A stretch of DNA of 24,000 nucleotides from assembly GCA_964423025.1 (NCBI GenBank), contig CAYRDH010000007.1, positions 1 to 24,000 of the forward strand. The letters are read 5' to 3'. This document shows, in pieces, positions 16,101 to 24,000 of the stretch. Below the pieces are notes generated by a model, which had not been told where the DNA came from, made no database searches, and saw only the letters and a program-made list of their open reading frames with translations. Every line of letters begins with the position of its first letter. The stretch's first letter is position 1. Made by a program: the position numbers and the translations under genes. This stretch comes from an uncultured Candidatus Saccharibacteria bacterium (GTDB lineage Bacteria > Patescibacteriota > Dojkabacteria > SC72).

Positions 16101-18300
16101 ATTGCCACAATAGTACAAGGTTATTACCGTTTGGTTTTGCAGTTTTGTTAATTGTGCTTCCGTTAAGTAAGTCTTGATTGTCATATTGAAACTTTGCAGT
16201 TAATCCTGTTGGAGTAGATGGTAGATCACTACTTAAGTATGTCAAATTGGCATCTTTGTACCATGGTTCGTAATCGACATTAGAACTTACTGAGTTCACT
16301 TTCCCGTTGGGATTTGTGTCCTCATTGTATGGTCCACTTAGATCTCCCCACCAATTATATCTAGCATCTAGTTGCGTCTCAGACAAATTTACAACATCTC
16401 CATTTAAAGATAGGTTATTTGCTTTCAAATCTCCACTAGCACCAGATCTAACTACAATTGCACTGTGGTAAGTATCCGAATCTGCGGTATGACCATTTTT
16501 GTCTACTGAATATTTCCCTCCATCTAAAATCATATCTTGGCCACTACCAGCGCTAGAACTTGCAAATCGTACAGCATAGGTGTCATTATCATTCCCTTGA
16601 GCAATAACAGAAATATCTGTGTTTTTTGCAACTAAATTCTTCCCACCCTGAAAATTAATACCACTTTTACAATTTGAAATGGTAGTGTCAACTACATCTA
16701 ATTGTGCATATTTCCCCTGAATTGCAGTATAATAACAATTTTTAAAGTTACTGTTTTGTACTGTTACTGTAGCATCTAAATCATCACTCATAATCCCTCT
16801 TACACTACCACTTACAAATAAGCCAGACCCATTAAAATTAGAGTTCTCTACATATAATTTATCTACATTGTCTATATGTATACTGTCTACTGGATCGTTT
16901 GTTGGGACTCTAAACTCCAAATGATTAACATTAACTGTTCCTGCTGTGTCAACTGTAAAACCACCATGAATAACAGGTGGTTTTTCTTGAACACCTATTA
17001 AAGTTAGAGGTTTATCTATCTCTACATTTTCGTTATAAGTTCCGTAGTAAATATCTAAGATGTCATCATTGCTAGCAGAGTCTACAGCAGCTTGGATTGT
17101 GCCAAAAATAGTTGGTATTATTCTTCTAGTTTGACTTCTAACAATGATTGAACCATCAAATTCGTTTTGTGAAAGTATTGTCTTTAGTATCCTTTCATCA
17201 TTAAGAGGCTCGATAGTTATTTGCTTTTGATTATTTTGAAAAATGTTCTTTTCAATTCTGTTCTTTTCACTATTGATTAAATACATACCTAATCCATTAT
17301 TAAGAAATCGGTTATTAATAAACAAACACTCTGATGACTTTTCAACTAAAATACCACCCTTTTCTGAATTACTTTCAACAATGGTTAAGCCGTTTATTTC
17401 TACATTATTTGTTTCCCCAATATGAATAGTTGGTTCACTTGTCTTTTTCCCAATAATTACGGCTTCTTTTGTTTGAGGGTCATCTAAAAGAGCTAGAAGT
17501 CTTACCGGATGATTAATGTTTAGGTTTTCACTTTTATAAACTCCATCTTTAACACATATTGTTAATCTTTCGCCACTGTCCTTACTTTTATCTATTGCCT
17601 CTTGTATAGATTCTATATCAGTAGGAACAGTAATATCACATGAGACTGCTGTCTCAACTTGAACAGGAGCAGGAGAAGGTTTAACAGGAAGGATAGAGCT
17701 CACTATATAAATACTAAAATGCTCCAACCCTTTTATTTCTATTACATCTTCATTAACTATTAATTTATTATCTATACTATTATATATTTCTCCATCCTCT
17801 GTGTATTTAACCTCTACACCATCTCCTAACGTATTAGGAAGAGTAAGATCATATGTAAATGATCCATTACTCATAGTAGAAGTTATATCCCAACCATAAT
17901 CATCTGAGGTATTTAATTTTTCTTTTTCTTCTTCTGTTAGTTCAACCTTACTAATAACTAAATTCCCCTCTTCAGTAATACTAGTAAACCTAACTCTAAC
18001 ATTTTCATCATCTGGGTATACATATTCTTCTAATTCAACATTACTTACTGTATACACCCCACCCTCATATGTAGACTTAGGAATATCCCCTTCTAATATC
18101 TCAGGATTTGCTATTTCCTCTGGATCAGAGATTCCTTCTTCCAGAATGTCCTCACTGATGTCCATTACCATAGGACCATCATAAGAATAGTCATCAATCA
18201 CGGTCCCTAGAGCTTGTGTGGAGGGTAGGAAAGTATATAAAGTAACAAACAAGGTAACAAATACCTTATTAAAAGGAAAACGTTTGAGAAATTTTCTCAT
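13162..18300 (-). CDS. Giant cell-surface protein (about 1712 aa): signal peptide, right-handed parallel beta-helix region, many Ig-like domains, PKD-like domain, acidic linker, C-terminal TM anchor
   Basis: ORF 13162..18342. I prefer the ATG at 18300 (MRKFLKRFPFNKVFVTLFVTLYTFL, signal-like) over the upstream TTG. Beta-helix-type repeats such as NNRFLNNGLGMYLINSEKNRIEKNIFQNNQ. Recurrent D-x-T-x-P-T domain boundaries. PKD-like YTCTVTVTDADGDTSTDSVDITV. C-terminal WIYPLVILPILAIFLILWKRRKEDNEPQF. Confidence 0.9.
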   Translation of the reverse strand: MRKFLKRFPFNKVFVTLFVTLYTFLPSTQALGTVIDDYSYDGPMVMDISEDILEEGISDPEEIANPEILEGDIPKSTYEGGVYTVSNVELEEYVYPDDENVRVRFTSITEEGNLVISKVELTEEEKEKLNTSDDYGWDITSTMSNGSFTYDLTLPNTLGDGVEVKYTEDGEIYNSIDNKLIVNEDVIEIKGLEHFSIYIVSSILPVKPSPAPVQVETAVSCDITVPTDIESIQEAIDKSKDSGERLTICVKDGVYKSENLNINHPVRLLALLDDPQTKEAVIIGKKTSEPTIHIGETNNVEINGLTIVESNSEKGGILVEKSSECLFINNRFLNNGLGMYLINSEKNRIEKNIFQNNQKQITIEPLNDERILKTILSQNEFDGSIIVRSQTRRIIPTIFGTIQAAVDSASNDDILDIYYGTYNENVEIDKPLTLIGVQEKPPVIHGGFTVDTAGTVNVNHLEFRVPTNDPVDSIHIDNVDKLYVENSNFNGSGLFVSGSVRGIMSDDLDATVTVQNSNFKNCYYTAIQGKYAQLDVVDTTISNCKSGINFQGGKNLVAKNTDISVIAQGNDNDTYAVRFASSSAGSGQDMILDGGKYSVDKNGHTADSDTYHSAIVVRSGASGDLKANNLSLNGDVVNLSETQLDARYNWWGDLSGPYNEDTNPNGKVNSVSSNVDYEPWYKDANLTYLSSDLPSTPTGLTAKFQYDNQDLLNGSTINKTAKPNGNNLVLLWQSNPIDLVTGYRILGTFPDGTTKLSYQGPNTNAWLKTYNGFGAHGNGRYSYQVIAVNKNGVSAPSAPFVIYYDTHGPTAKLISAPANNSYVNGDFDVKGIADDNVALRSVFFDVRTQDGGTWKSGCKSGTTALTYSNENKHADILCTIDTGNLVNGTKYMLRIHAGDNAGYGNVNPEAIRYFTMDTVEPTVSFEGLRHYDYRYPSVPVDTLNINTSDNTPIVLISASDLLSGMNSVTVNEQTAEYDGGTYWIVELPALEDGINTLKIVGTDKAGNTKTVSQDIFIDTNPPTAIYTHYNNEITIDETANPITYVKGINQLSFTAQYADTIPSSGLYQDSFVIFQAQDDGSFRFSANDKQAYCSWRKSPNLIEGLTGNTYDLTEKISFTKCIESLPDGEYYMAHQVYDNTTRWNIPIINQYRDVLGLHFVVDKTKPTVKITNVNITDKKLSFTVSGTDNLSGARTVATNIYNESNTGSAVIEIGRLAHDITPETLNVSHNATDIDISELESGTYTIRASIRDYSENIKYATYQIDVDNTPPTINWNTPQDLDLLSGNISLDVTCDGTLGDCDYINFWWWSDEQTIQDAEANKQNHKIDTNGTSFDWTLDSLNPRLSDESTGSELNGVYTLRAAGKDLAGNYHHEEIEVTVDNTLPVIASHSDMTLTEGESFPTDTVTLTDSYGELDQVCITIKDASGTLGTSTEYCVSIDASNLSINNEFSLADEVRKAIENWQGSSFTTINLSVLPEGVYQISYYATDKAENESDVQTFIVTIQNNTPTITINPTDTEVTAGDDPIVLSTTVTNGNPTFTYLWSGDCTGTDAQTIFDPTTEGSYTCTVTVTDADGDTSTDSVDITVGAVAGATTENRSIDGISDGTDSTTPSSKQPPTGTYNSPLGTGGYLYSQTDLLDTEEQQTPEEETITEDTTAVKGEEDNNEQPTNQEETTEGEQTKWWIYPLVILPILAIFLILWKRRKEDNEPQF

Positions 18301-18405
18301 TAAAAAATAATTAATAAATTTATTCTTTTTAATGAGAACCAACTAGGGGCATAGTAGTCCCCATTATTTATGCATATTAAAATATAGACCTTTTAAGAAA
18401 GGGTG

Positions 18406-20622
18406 TCAATTTTTAAGTGACACTTCTGTTACACTATCATCCTTCTTAGTAATAACAAAAACCCTATGCAATGCCCTAGTAATACCCACATACAACAACC
18501 TAATACTCAACTCATCCTCATCATAATAATTACTATTTAAATCTGCAAAAATAACACTATCAAACTCCAAACCCTTAGCATTCTCAATAGGAAGAACCTG
18601 CAAACCACCCTTATAATCAAACTCCTTATAACTAACCACCTGCCTCTCTATAACACCCTCATACTCCTTAAAAATAGAATAAAGATTATCTGCATGCTCC
18701 CTATTCCTACAAAGAAGAGCACAAGTAACTGCCCCCTTCTTAAACTGATCCTTTATTAAAGATACCAACTCTTTTATTTTATCCTTACTTAGATCTTTAA
18801 TGTCTTTATCATATTCCAATATCCCAACCTCATCACCATGCCTTAAAACTGCTTCTGGGAGCTTGTAAGACTTAGGAAATCTACCTTCAAATATCTTGTT
18901 TGCAAAATCTACAATCTCTATCGTTGTCCTATAACACCTCTGAAGTTGGTAATATTCTGTATCCTTATTCGTAATACCTTTAACAAGATTAATAACATCT
19001 TCCCAATCCCTAATGTAAAAAGGAGCAATTATGGACTGTGCTAAGTCCCCAGCTATCGTTATATTCCCACCCTTAGCTACCATAATTAAAGTAGCTAATT
19101 CTACAAAACTCATATCCTGAGCCTCATCTAGCATTACATAATCTTTCTCGTAAGACTTAGTTCCATTTATCTTAAGATGAAGATAAACCATAGGAGCCAA
19201 ATCCTCCATTCTGTAATTCCTAATACCCCCACTCTGTGTAAGCCCCTCAAGAGAGTACTTGGAAACCTCTTTATTAACCAAATCTGTTCTAAAGAGACCC
19301 TTGTAGAGAGAATAAATATTACACTTCCTTCTAAAGTAAGAAGAAATATCTCTTTTAAGATTCATATCTATGTCATTTGTGGCATCATAGAAACCTGTTC
19401 TTCCTTGTTTAAATTGCTTCTTAGCAAAAGCATAGTCCATAGCAAGGTCTAAACGCTCGATCATGTCTATATTAGGAAATTCCTTCTTAAGTTCGTAATA
19501 CCTCTTCTCAATAATATCTTTTCTAGAGTAGGGGATGTTTTCTAAAAGTTCCTCTTCAAATTTCTCAAAATATCTTTCAAGGACATTTAAGAATTCTAAA
19601 GAACCCTTGTAGGCCTTAATATCTAAGTTAGGTTTCTTATTAGATATGGTGAACCTATTATCCCAACCTAACACAGACTTACCCCAGAACAGATAAGTTT
19701 CGGTATCTACCTTACTAACACCAAGATTAGGAAGAACATCTGATACATAGTCTATAAACATCTGGTTAGGAGCAATGATTAAACTATTATTGGAGCTGAT
19801 CTGCTCTTTATGTGCGTAGAATATGTATGCCAATCTGTGTAGAAGTATTGTTGTTTTACCACTACCTGCTACACCCTGTATTAGAATTGGCTTGTTTAGA
19901 CCATCTCGGATAATTGAATTCTGTTGTGCCTGAATAGTAGATACAATGTCTTGGAGCTTCTTACCTAACCTCTCATTTAGTTGTGAAAGGAGGAATTCAT
20001 CTGCTGCAACATTTCCTGACTTAGCGTCATATATCCCGCTTATTCGACCTCTAGATATCTGAAACTGTCTTTTCTGTATTAAATCTCCTCTCCTTTCCCC
20101 ATTAGGTGCTTGAAAAGCAACATCATCTTTAGGACCACTATTTTGGTAGTAAAGATTAGCAACCGGAGATCTCCAGTCAGTTATTAAGGGGATATGTGTC
20201 TGTTCATCTATTAAGGCAAATTTTCCTATGTAAAGGGAAAGAGGTTTCTCTGCTCTAGAATCATATGGCTTAAACTGAATCTTACCGAAGTAGGGGGAAT
20301 CTAGTGCAATAATCTCGTTATTAGTCCTGTCAACAATCTCTCTAATCTTGTTTAGTATCTGGTTATATATCTTCTTAGCAGCAGCCTTTTCATCTAGGTC
20401 ACTCTCTGTGTCTATGAGGTATATTTGGTGTTCTAATTCTTCCTGTAATTGTTCTAATCTCTGTATGAGGTTCTTAATGGAATCTCTTTTAATATGAATA
20501 ACTTTTTTAAGATTTGGGTATTCTTCCTCTTCTAGCGTAGAGAGGTTTGTTAAATCACTAAAATCCGCAACTTTGTCTACATCCCTATACAGAGGGTGTA
20601 AGTACTGTTTAAACGTTTGCAT
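18406..20622 (-). CDS. UvrD/Rep superfamily 1 helicase, HelD / helicase IV-like
   Basis: Walker A GVAGSGKTT and Walker B-like VMLDEAQD. An N-terminal region with ITDWRSPVANLYY, typical of HelD/helicase IV-type proteins. C-terminal LYVGITRA motif. Confidence 0.85.
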   Translation of the reverse strand: MQTFKQYLHPLYRDVDKVADFSDLTNLSTLEEEEYPNLKKVIHIKRDSIKNLIQRLEQLQEELEHQIYLIDTESDLDEKAAAKKIYNQILNKIREIVDRTNNEIIALDSPYFGKIQFKPYDSRAEKPLSLYIGKFALIDEQTHIPLITDWRSPVANLYYQNSGPKDDVAFQAPNGERRGDLIQKRQFQISRGRISGIYDAKSGNVAADEFLLSQLNERLGKKLQDIVSTIQAQQNSIIRDGLNKPILIQGVAGSGKTTILLHRLAYIFYAHKEQISSNNSLIIAPNQMFIDYVSDVLPNLGVSKVDTETYLFWGKSVLGWDNRFTISNKKPNLDIKAYKGSLEFLNVLERYFEKFEEELLENIPYSRKDIIEKRYYELKKEFPNIDMIERLDLAMDYAFAKKQFKQGRTGFYDATNDIDMNLKRDISSYFRRKCNIYSLYKGLFRTDLVNKEVSKYSLEGLTQSGGIRNYRMEDLAPMVYLHLKINGTKSYEKDYVMLDEAQDMSFVELATLIMVAKGGNITIAGDLAQSIIAPFYIRDWEDVINLVKGITNKDTEYYQLQRCYRTTIEIVDFANKIFEGRFPKSYKLPEAVLRHGDEVGILEYDKDIKDLSKDKIKELVSLIKDQFKKGAVTCALLCRNREHADNLYSIFKEYEGVIERQVVSYKEFDYKGGLQVLPIENAKGLEFDSVIFADLNSNYYDEDELSIRLLYVGITRALHRVFVITKKDDSVTEVSLKN

Positions 20623-20717
20623 GATTGGTTTTTAGGCATGAAGTTACCAAGGGAGAGTATATATTAAAAAGGTAAAAAGTTCAAATAAAATAGAGGCTTT
20701 AAGCAAAACTTTTAAAG

Positions 20718-20726
20718 TGGTATATT
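20718..20726 (+). promoter_or_regulatory. Extended -10 element TGGTATATT, 8 nt upstream of the DUF192 start codon (leaderless or near-leaderless)
   Basis: TGG at 20718-20720, TATATT at 20721-20726, then AAACTACC and the ATG at 20735. Confidence 0.4.
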
Positions 20727-20734
20727 AAACTACC

Positions 20735-21292
20735 ATGAATAACCAATTAAAGTTGCTACTCTACATTGTTTTTATAGCAGGTGCTATTTTCTATTTCCAA
20801 GACAGTTTTGGGTTCCTAGATGTCTCTTTAATAGAGGACAAAGAAGCTACTCAAGAGGAGGGAGAAGATGAAGAAGAGGCTGTAGTTAAAGAAGTTCAAG
20901 AGGATCAGTACGTGGAGATATCTATTGGTGAGGGTGAAGAGATTAAGGTTAATGTAGAAGTTGCAGATACCGAGGCTCTTAGAATTCTTGGGTTATCTAA
21001 CAGAAGATACCTAGGAGATTATGATGGAATGCTTTTTGTGTATGACCAGAATGTAAATAATCCCTTCTGGATGAAAGATACTTTTATTAATCTAGATATC
21101 ATCTTTATAGACGAAAAAGGATTTATTGTAGATATTAAAGAAGATAACGAGCCCTGTTCAGATTCATATTGTCCCCAGATTCTTTCTGACCAGGAGTTCA
21201 GATACGTTTTGGAAGTAAATGGTGGATTTGCTAGGACAAATGGAGTGAAAGAAGGGCAGAATGTGACCATGAACTTGGTATCAAAGGAGTAA
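20735..21292 (+). CDS. DUF192 (COG1430) family protein with N-terminal membrane anchor and acidic linker
   Basis: C-terminal half matches the DUF192 pattern (GL..R..L....GMLFVY......FWMK.T...LDIIF.D..G.IV). N-terminal TM plus an E-rich linker. Confidence 0.75.
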   Translation: MNNQLKLLLYIVFIAGAIFYFQDSFGFLDVSLIEDKEATQEEGEDEEEAVVKEVQEDQYVEISIGEGEEIKVNVEVADTEALRILGLSNRRYLGDYDGMLFVYDQNVNNPFWMKDTFINLDIIFIDEKGFIVDIKEDNEPCSDSYCPQILSDQEFRYVLEVNGGFARTNGVKEGQNVTMNLVSKE

Positions 21293-21334
21293 GGTGGTAT
21301 AGTTTCTAGTTAACTTAGTTTAGACCTTAACAAA

Positions 21335-21982
21335 ATGATAAATTCCTTAGTAGAGTGGTTAGTTCAAGCAATAGATTCTCTTGGTTATTTAGGAGTCTTA
21401 ATTGCAGTATTTCTTGAAAGCTTTGTAGCAGTTATTCCAAGTCAGATAATATTACCTTTCTCTGGCTTTGTTGCCTCCCAAGGGTCTTTGAATATTGTTT
21501 TGGTTATCATAACTGTAGCTATTGGGGCATATTTAGGGAGTCTTCCTTTCTATTTTGTTGGAAGATGGGGAGATGATTTTGTACAGAAATTCTTAAAAAA
21601 GTATGGTAAGTACATATTTATCTCTAACGAGGATTTGGATAAGGGATACAAAGCCTTTGAAAAATATGGAGGAGGAATAGTATTTTTTGGCAGACTCCTA
21701 CCTCTAATTAGAACTGTAATATCTTTTCCCGCAGGTGCTGCTAGAATGAAGTTCTCTATATTCTCTCTGTATACAATTGTAGGTAGTTTAATATTTGCCA
21801 CCATCTCCTGTTTAGCGGGTTATTACATGGGTGAGAGCTGGCCAGTAGTTGCTGCCTATATTGAACAGTATGAGAACATAGTCCTTGCTTTGCTATCTAT
21901 AGCACTTCTTATCTATATATGGAGAGGTATGAGAGAGTTTGTTAAGAAGTCTAAAGAAAAAGATATTAAGAAGGAAGCCTAG
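21335..21982 (+). CDS. DedA / SNARE-associated family membrane protein
   Basis: Typical DedA N-terminal region (GYLGVLIAVFLESFVAVIPSQIILPFSGF), FFGRLLPLIRTVISFPAG, and the right length and topology. Confidence 0.85.
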   Translation: MINSLVEWLVQAIDSLGYLGVLIAVFLESFVAVIPSQIILPFSGFVASQGSLNIVLVIITVAIGAYLGSLPFYFVGRWGDDFVQKFLKKYGKYIFISNEDLDKGYKAFEKYGGGIVFFGRLLPLIRTVISFPAGAARMKFSIFSLYTIVGSLIFATISCLAGYYMGESWPVVAAYIEQYENIVLALLSIALLIYIWRGMREFVKKSKEKDIKKEA

Positions 21983-23535
21983 TACATTTTTATTAAAGAT
22001 TTCCCATTCATTTCAGAGGGTTTCCCTATTCCCATCAATTGCAGAACAGTTGGTGCGATGTCACATAGTGCTCCGTAAGGGAGAACTCTTGGGGCGACAT
22101 CTGTTCCAGAAAGAATAAAAGGAACAGGATTTATTGAGTGTTCTGTGTTTATAGAGTTGTCCTCCTCGTTAAGCATCTCTTCCGCATTCCCATGGTCAGC
22201 TGTAATAATTGCTGCACCCCCTAGGGATGTAAAATGGTTTACTAGTTCTTTTGTACAGTAATCAATTGTTTTAACTGCCTTCTTAGCCGCCTCAATATCT
22301 CCTGTGTGTGCAACCATGTCCGCGTTAGCGAAGTTTAAAAGAATAAAGTCATAGGGCATACCCTTTAATCTGTTTTTTAACAACTCTGTCATTTCTAAGG
22401 CACTCATCTCTGGTTTAAGATCGTATGTAGGAACTCTGGGAGATGGAACCACAACACGATCTTCTTTAGAATATGGTGAGGGCTGTCCACCATTAAAGAA
22501 GTACGTTACATGGGGGAACTTCTCTGTTTCAGCTATCCTTAATTGCCTTAATCCCATTGAATCTATAATTTTCCCAAGTGGAAGGTCAATATATTGTTTA
22601 GGAAATATTACATTTACAAGAAGGTCCTTTCTGTATTCTGTCATTGTTGCAACATAAAGGTTGCTTATTGGTTGTCTCACAAAACCTGCAAAGTTAGGGG
22701 ACATGAAGGCCTCTGTTATTTGCAGTGTTCTGTCTGGTCTGTAATTTACCATTATGACAACGTCGTTAGCTTCGACCTTCCCAGGATTAATAACAGCAGG
22801 CTCCATAAATTCATCTGTAATACCTCTTTCGTAGGAAGCAGTAATGGCCCTATGGTATGTGGGGAATTTCTCACCCATGTTTTTTTCAAAAAGATAGTAC
22901 GCTCTCTGTGTTCTATCCCATTTTCTATTTCTATCCATCGCGAAATATCTACCAACAATAGTAGCTATTTTCCCAACACCTCTTTCTAGACAAAATTTGT
23001 CTAATTCAACAAGATGATTAAGCGAAGCATTTGGTGCGGTATCTCTTCCATCCGTGATTGCATGAATAAATAACTCATTTTGGAAATTTAATCTAGCAAA
23101 GTAGTCCACTAGTGCTTTAAAGTGGTTAATATGTGAATGGACCGAACCATCACTTACCAAACCAATAAGGTGTACATTGCTATTATGCTTTTGTGCGTGT
23201 GCAAAAGCATTTTTTAATGTGTCATTTCTGTAAATAAGCTCATTCTCTATTGCCTTATTTATTCTTGGCAAATTCTGAAGAACAGTAGTCCCTGCACCTA
23301 GGTTTAGATGCCCAACCTCACTGTTTCCTTTAACATTTGGTGGTAATCCTACGGCTTTTCCAGATGCAAGAAGGTAAGTTCTTGGGGAGGTAGACCAGAG
23401 TTTGGCTAGATTCTCCGGTTGGCCTAAAACTACTGCGTTACCAGGGTTTTTGGGAGCTGCCCCCACGCCGTCTAATATTATTAATAGGACTTTTTGTTTT
23501 ACATTCATAGGCAGTTGTTGTATATATTGTGGCAT
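21979..23535 (-). CDS. gpmI: 2,3-bisphosphoglycerate-independent phosphoglycerate mutase
   Basis: iPGM motifs LIILDGVG, GNSEVGHLNLGAG, SDGSVHSH, TDGRD and TADHGNAE. Length 518 aa. Confidence 0.93.
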   Translation of the reverse strand: MPQYIQQLPMNVKQKVLLIILDGVGAAPKNPGNAVVLGQPENLAKLWSTSPRTYLLASGKAVGLPPNVKGNSEVGHLNLGAGTTVLQNLPRINKAIENELIYRNDTLKNAFAHAQKHNSNVHLIGLVSDGSVHSHINHFKALVDYFARLNFQNELFIHAITDGRDTAPNASLNHLVELDKFCLERGVGKIATIVGRYFAMDRNRKWDRTQRAYYLFEKNMGEKFPTYHRAITASYERGITDEFMEPAVINPGKVEANDVVIMVNYRPDRTLQITEAFMSPNFAGFVRQPISNLYVATMTEYRKDLLVNVIFPKQYIDLPLGKIIDSMGLRQLRIAETEKFPHVTYFFNGGQPSPYSKEDRVVVPSPRVPTYDLKPEMSALEMTELLKNRLKGMPYDFILLNFANADMVAHTGDIEAAKKAVKTIDYCTKELVNHFTSLGGAAIITADHGNAEEMLNEEDNSINTEHSINPVPFILSGTDVAPRVLPYGALCDIAPTVLQLMGIGKPSEMNGKSLIKMY

Positions 23536-23595
23536 ATTTTTGAAATTTATTCTATAATCACAACTGCAAATCAGTAATATTTTAAGGTAATTATT

Positions 23596-24000
23596 ATGGA
23601 CACCAATGTAATTAAGAAGGTAGAAGAGAGTTTTTACAAGAAAAGACCCGACGTTAGAGTTGGAGATACTGTAAGACTACATCTAAAAATTAAAGAAGCC
23701 GGGAAAGAGAGAACACAGATTTTTGAAGGCGTTGTTATTGCAATCAAGGGTTCTGGTTTAAGCAGGAACTTGGTAGCAAGAAAAATTTCTTACGGAGTAG
23801 GAGTAGAAAAGATTGTTCCTTTCCATGCACCAGCTTTGGAAAAGATAGAGGTTGTTAAGAGAGGTTCTGTAAGGAGATCTAAGCTTTACTACCTAAGAGG
23901 AAGAGTCGGAAGAAGAGCTCTTAAGGCTGGAGAAACAACAAATATCTACTTAACTGACGAAGAGGAAGTAGGAGTAGACATACCAGTGACGGGAGATGCA
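23596..24000 (+). CDS. rplS: 50S ribosomal protein L19, 3'-truncated by the window edge
   Basis: Not in the ORF track because no stop lies within the window. Hand translation from the ATG at 23596 gives [103 protein letters not shown]..., a clear L19 pattern. TATAAT at 23553-23558 lies upstream. Confidence 0.92.
   Translation, partial: MDTNVIKKVEESFYKKRPDVRVGDTVRLHLKIKEAGKERTQIFEGVVIAIKGSGLSRNLVARKISYGVGVEKIVPFHAPALEKIEVVKRGSVRRSKLYYLRGRVGRRALKAGETTNIYLTDEEEVGVDIPVTGDA

Noticed and set aside
18301-18342. The upstream TTG start of the giant ORF (MVLIKKNKFINYFL...)
   Set aside because: The ATG at 18300 begins a typical basic-then-hydrophobic signal peptide. The 14 extra codons add nothing recognisable. 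This remains uncertain.
2876-22989. About 30 short ORFs from the six-frame track that lie antisense to or inside larger genes (for example 2876..3229, 3198..3395, 3903..4127, 4583..4825, 5049..5354, 5954..6205, 7043..7408, 7712..8026, 8156..8350, 8840..9247, 8861..9049, 8988..9185, 10296..10496, 10752..10946, 11566..11841, 12408..12686, 12439..12636, 13467..13810, 15290..16019, 17243..17425, 19177..19452, 21019..21270, 21550..21804, 22594..22989)
   Set aside because: They overlap genes with clear family signatures or strong structural logic. Their sequences are low-complexity or shadow-frame in character, and they lack start-site signals.
1-24000. Alternative genetic code (for example UGA recoding, as in some candidate phyla)
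   Set aside because: Long conserved genes (gatA, gpmI, the helicase, the 1712-aa surface protein) are intact under the standard bacterial code. They end at all three stop codons (TAA, TAG and TGA) in sensible positions.

Overview
The window is a low-GC, tightly packed bacterial segment. Most genes lack a Shine-Dalgarno (SD) sequence. Together with the giant membrane-anchored surface proteins, this looks like a small-genome, CPR/Patescibacteria-like organism, but that is inference I cannot confirm without a search. Housekeeping content: the 3' part of tRNA-Lys(UUU), gatA, an NrnA-like DHH phosphoesterase, a PAP2 phosphatase, a HelD-like helicase, DUF192, DedA, gpmI and rplS. Envelope content: a GH18 hydrolase, an M23 peptidase, and two very large surface proteins that share a homologous C-terminal anchor. 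The standout is at 9.0-11.1 kb on the minus strand. Four small membrane-protein genes sit in an array, and two 59-nt segments within it are 100% identical. On the coding strand each segment folds as a complete type III hammerhead self-cleaving ribozyme. Each ribozyme is directly preceded by a long hairpin whose stem differs between copies by compensatory changes. A third hairpin of the same family, without a ribozyme, closes the array. The two cleavage sites are 457 nt apart and bracket a unit carrying a 61-aa ORF, the geometry seen in circular-RNA-producing elements. Three of the four array genes, plus one gene at 1250, are the only genes in the window with strong GGAGG SD sites. Several other genes appear leaderless. 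All calls come from reading the sequence and recognising motifs; no database search or folding program was run.
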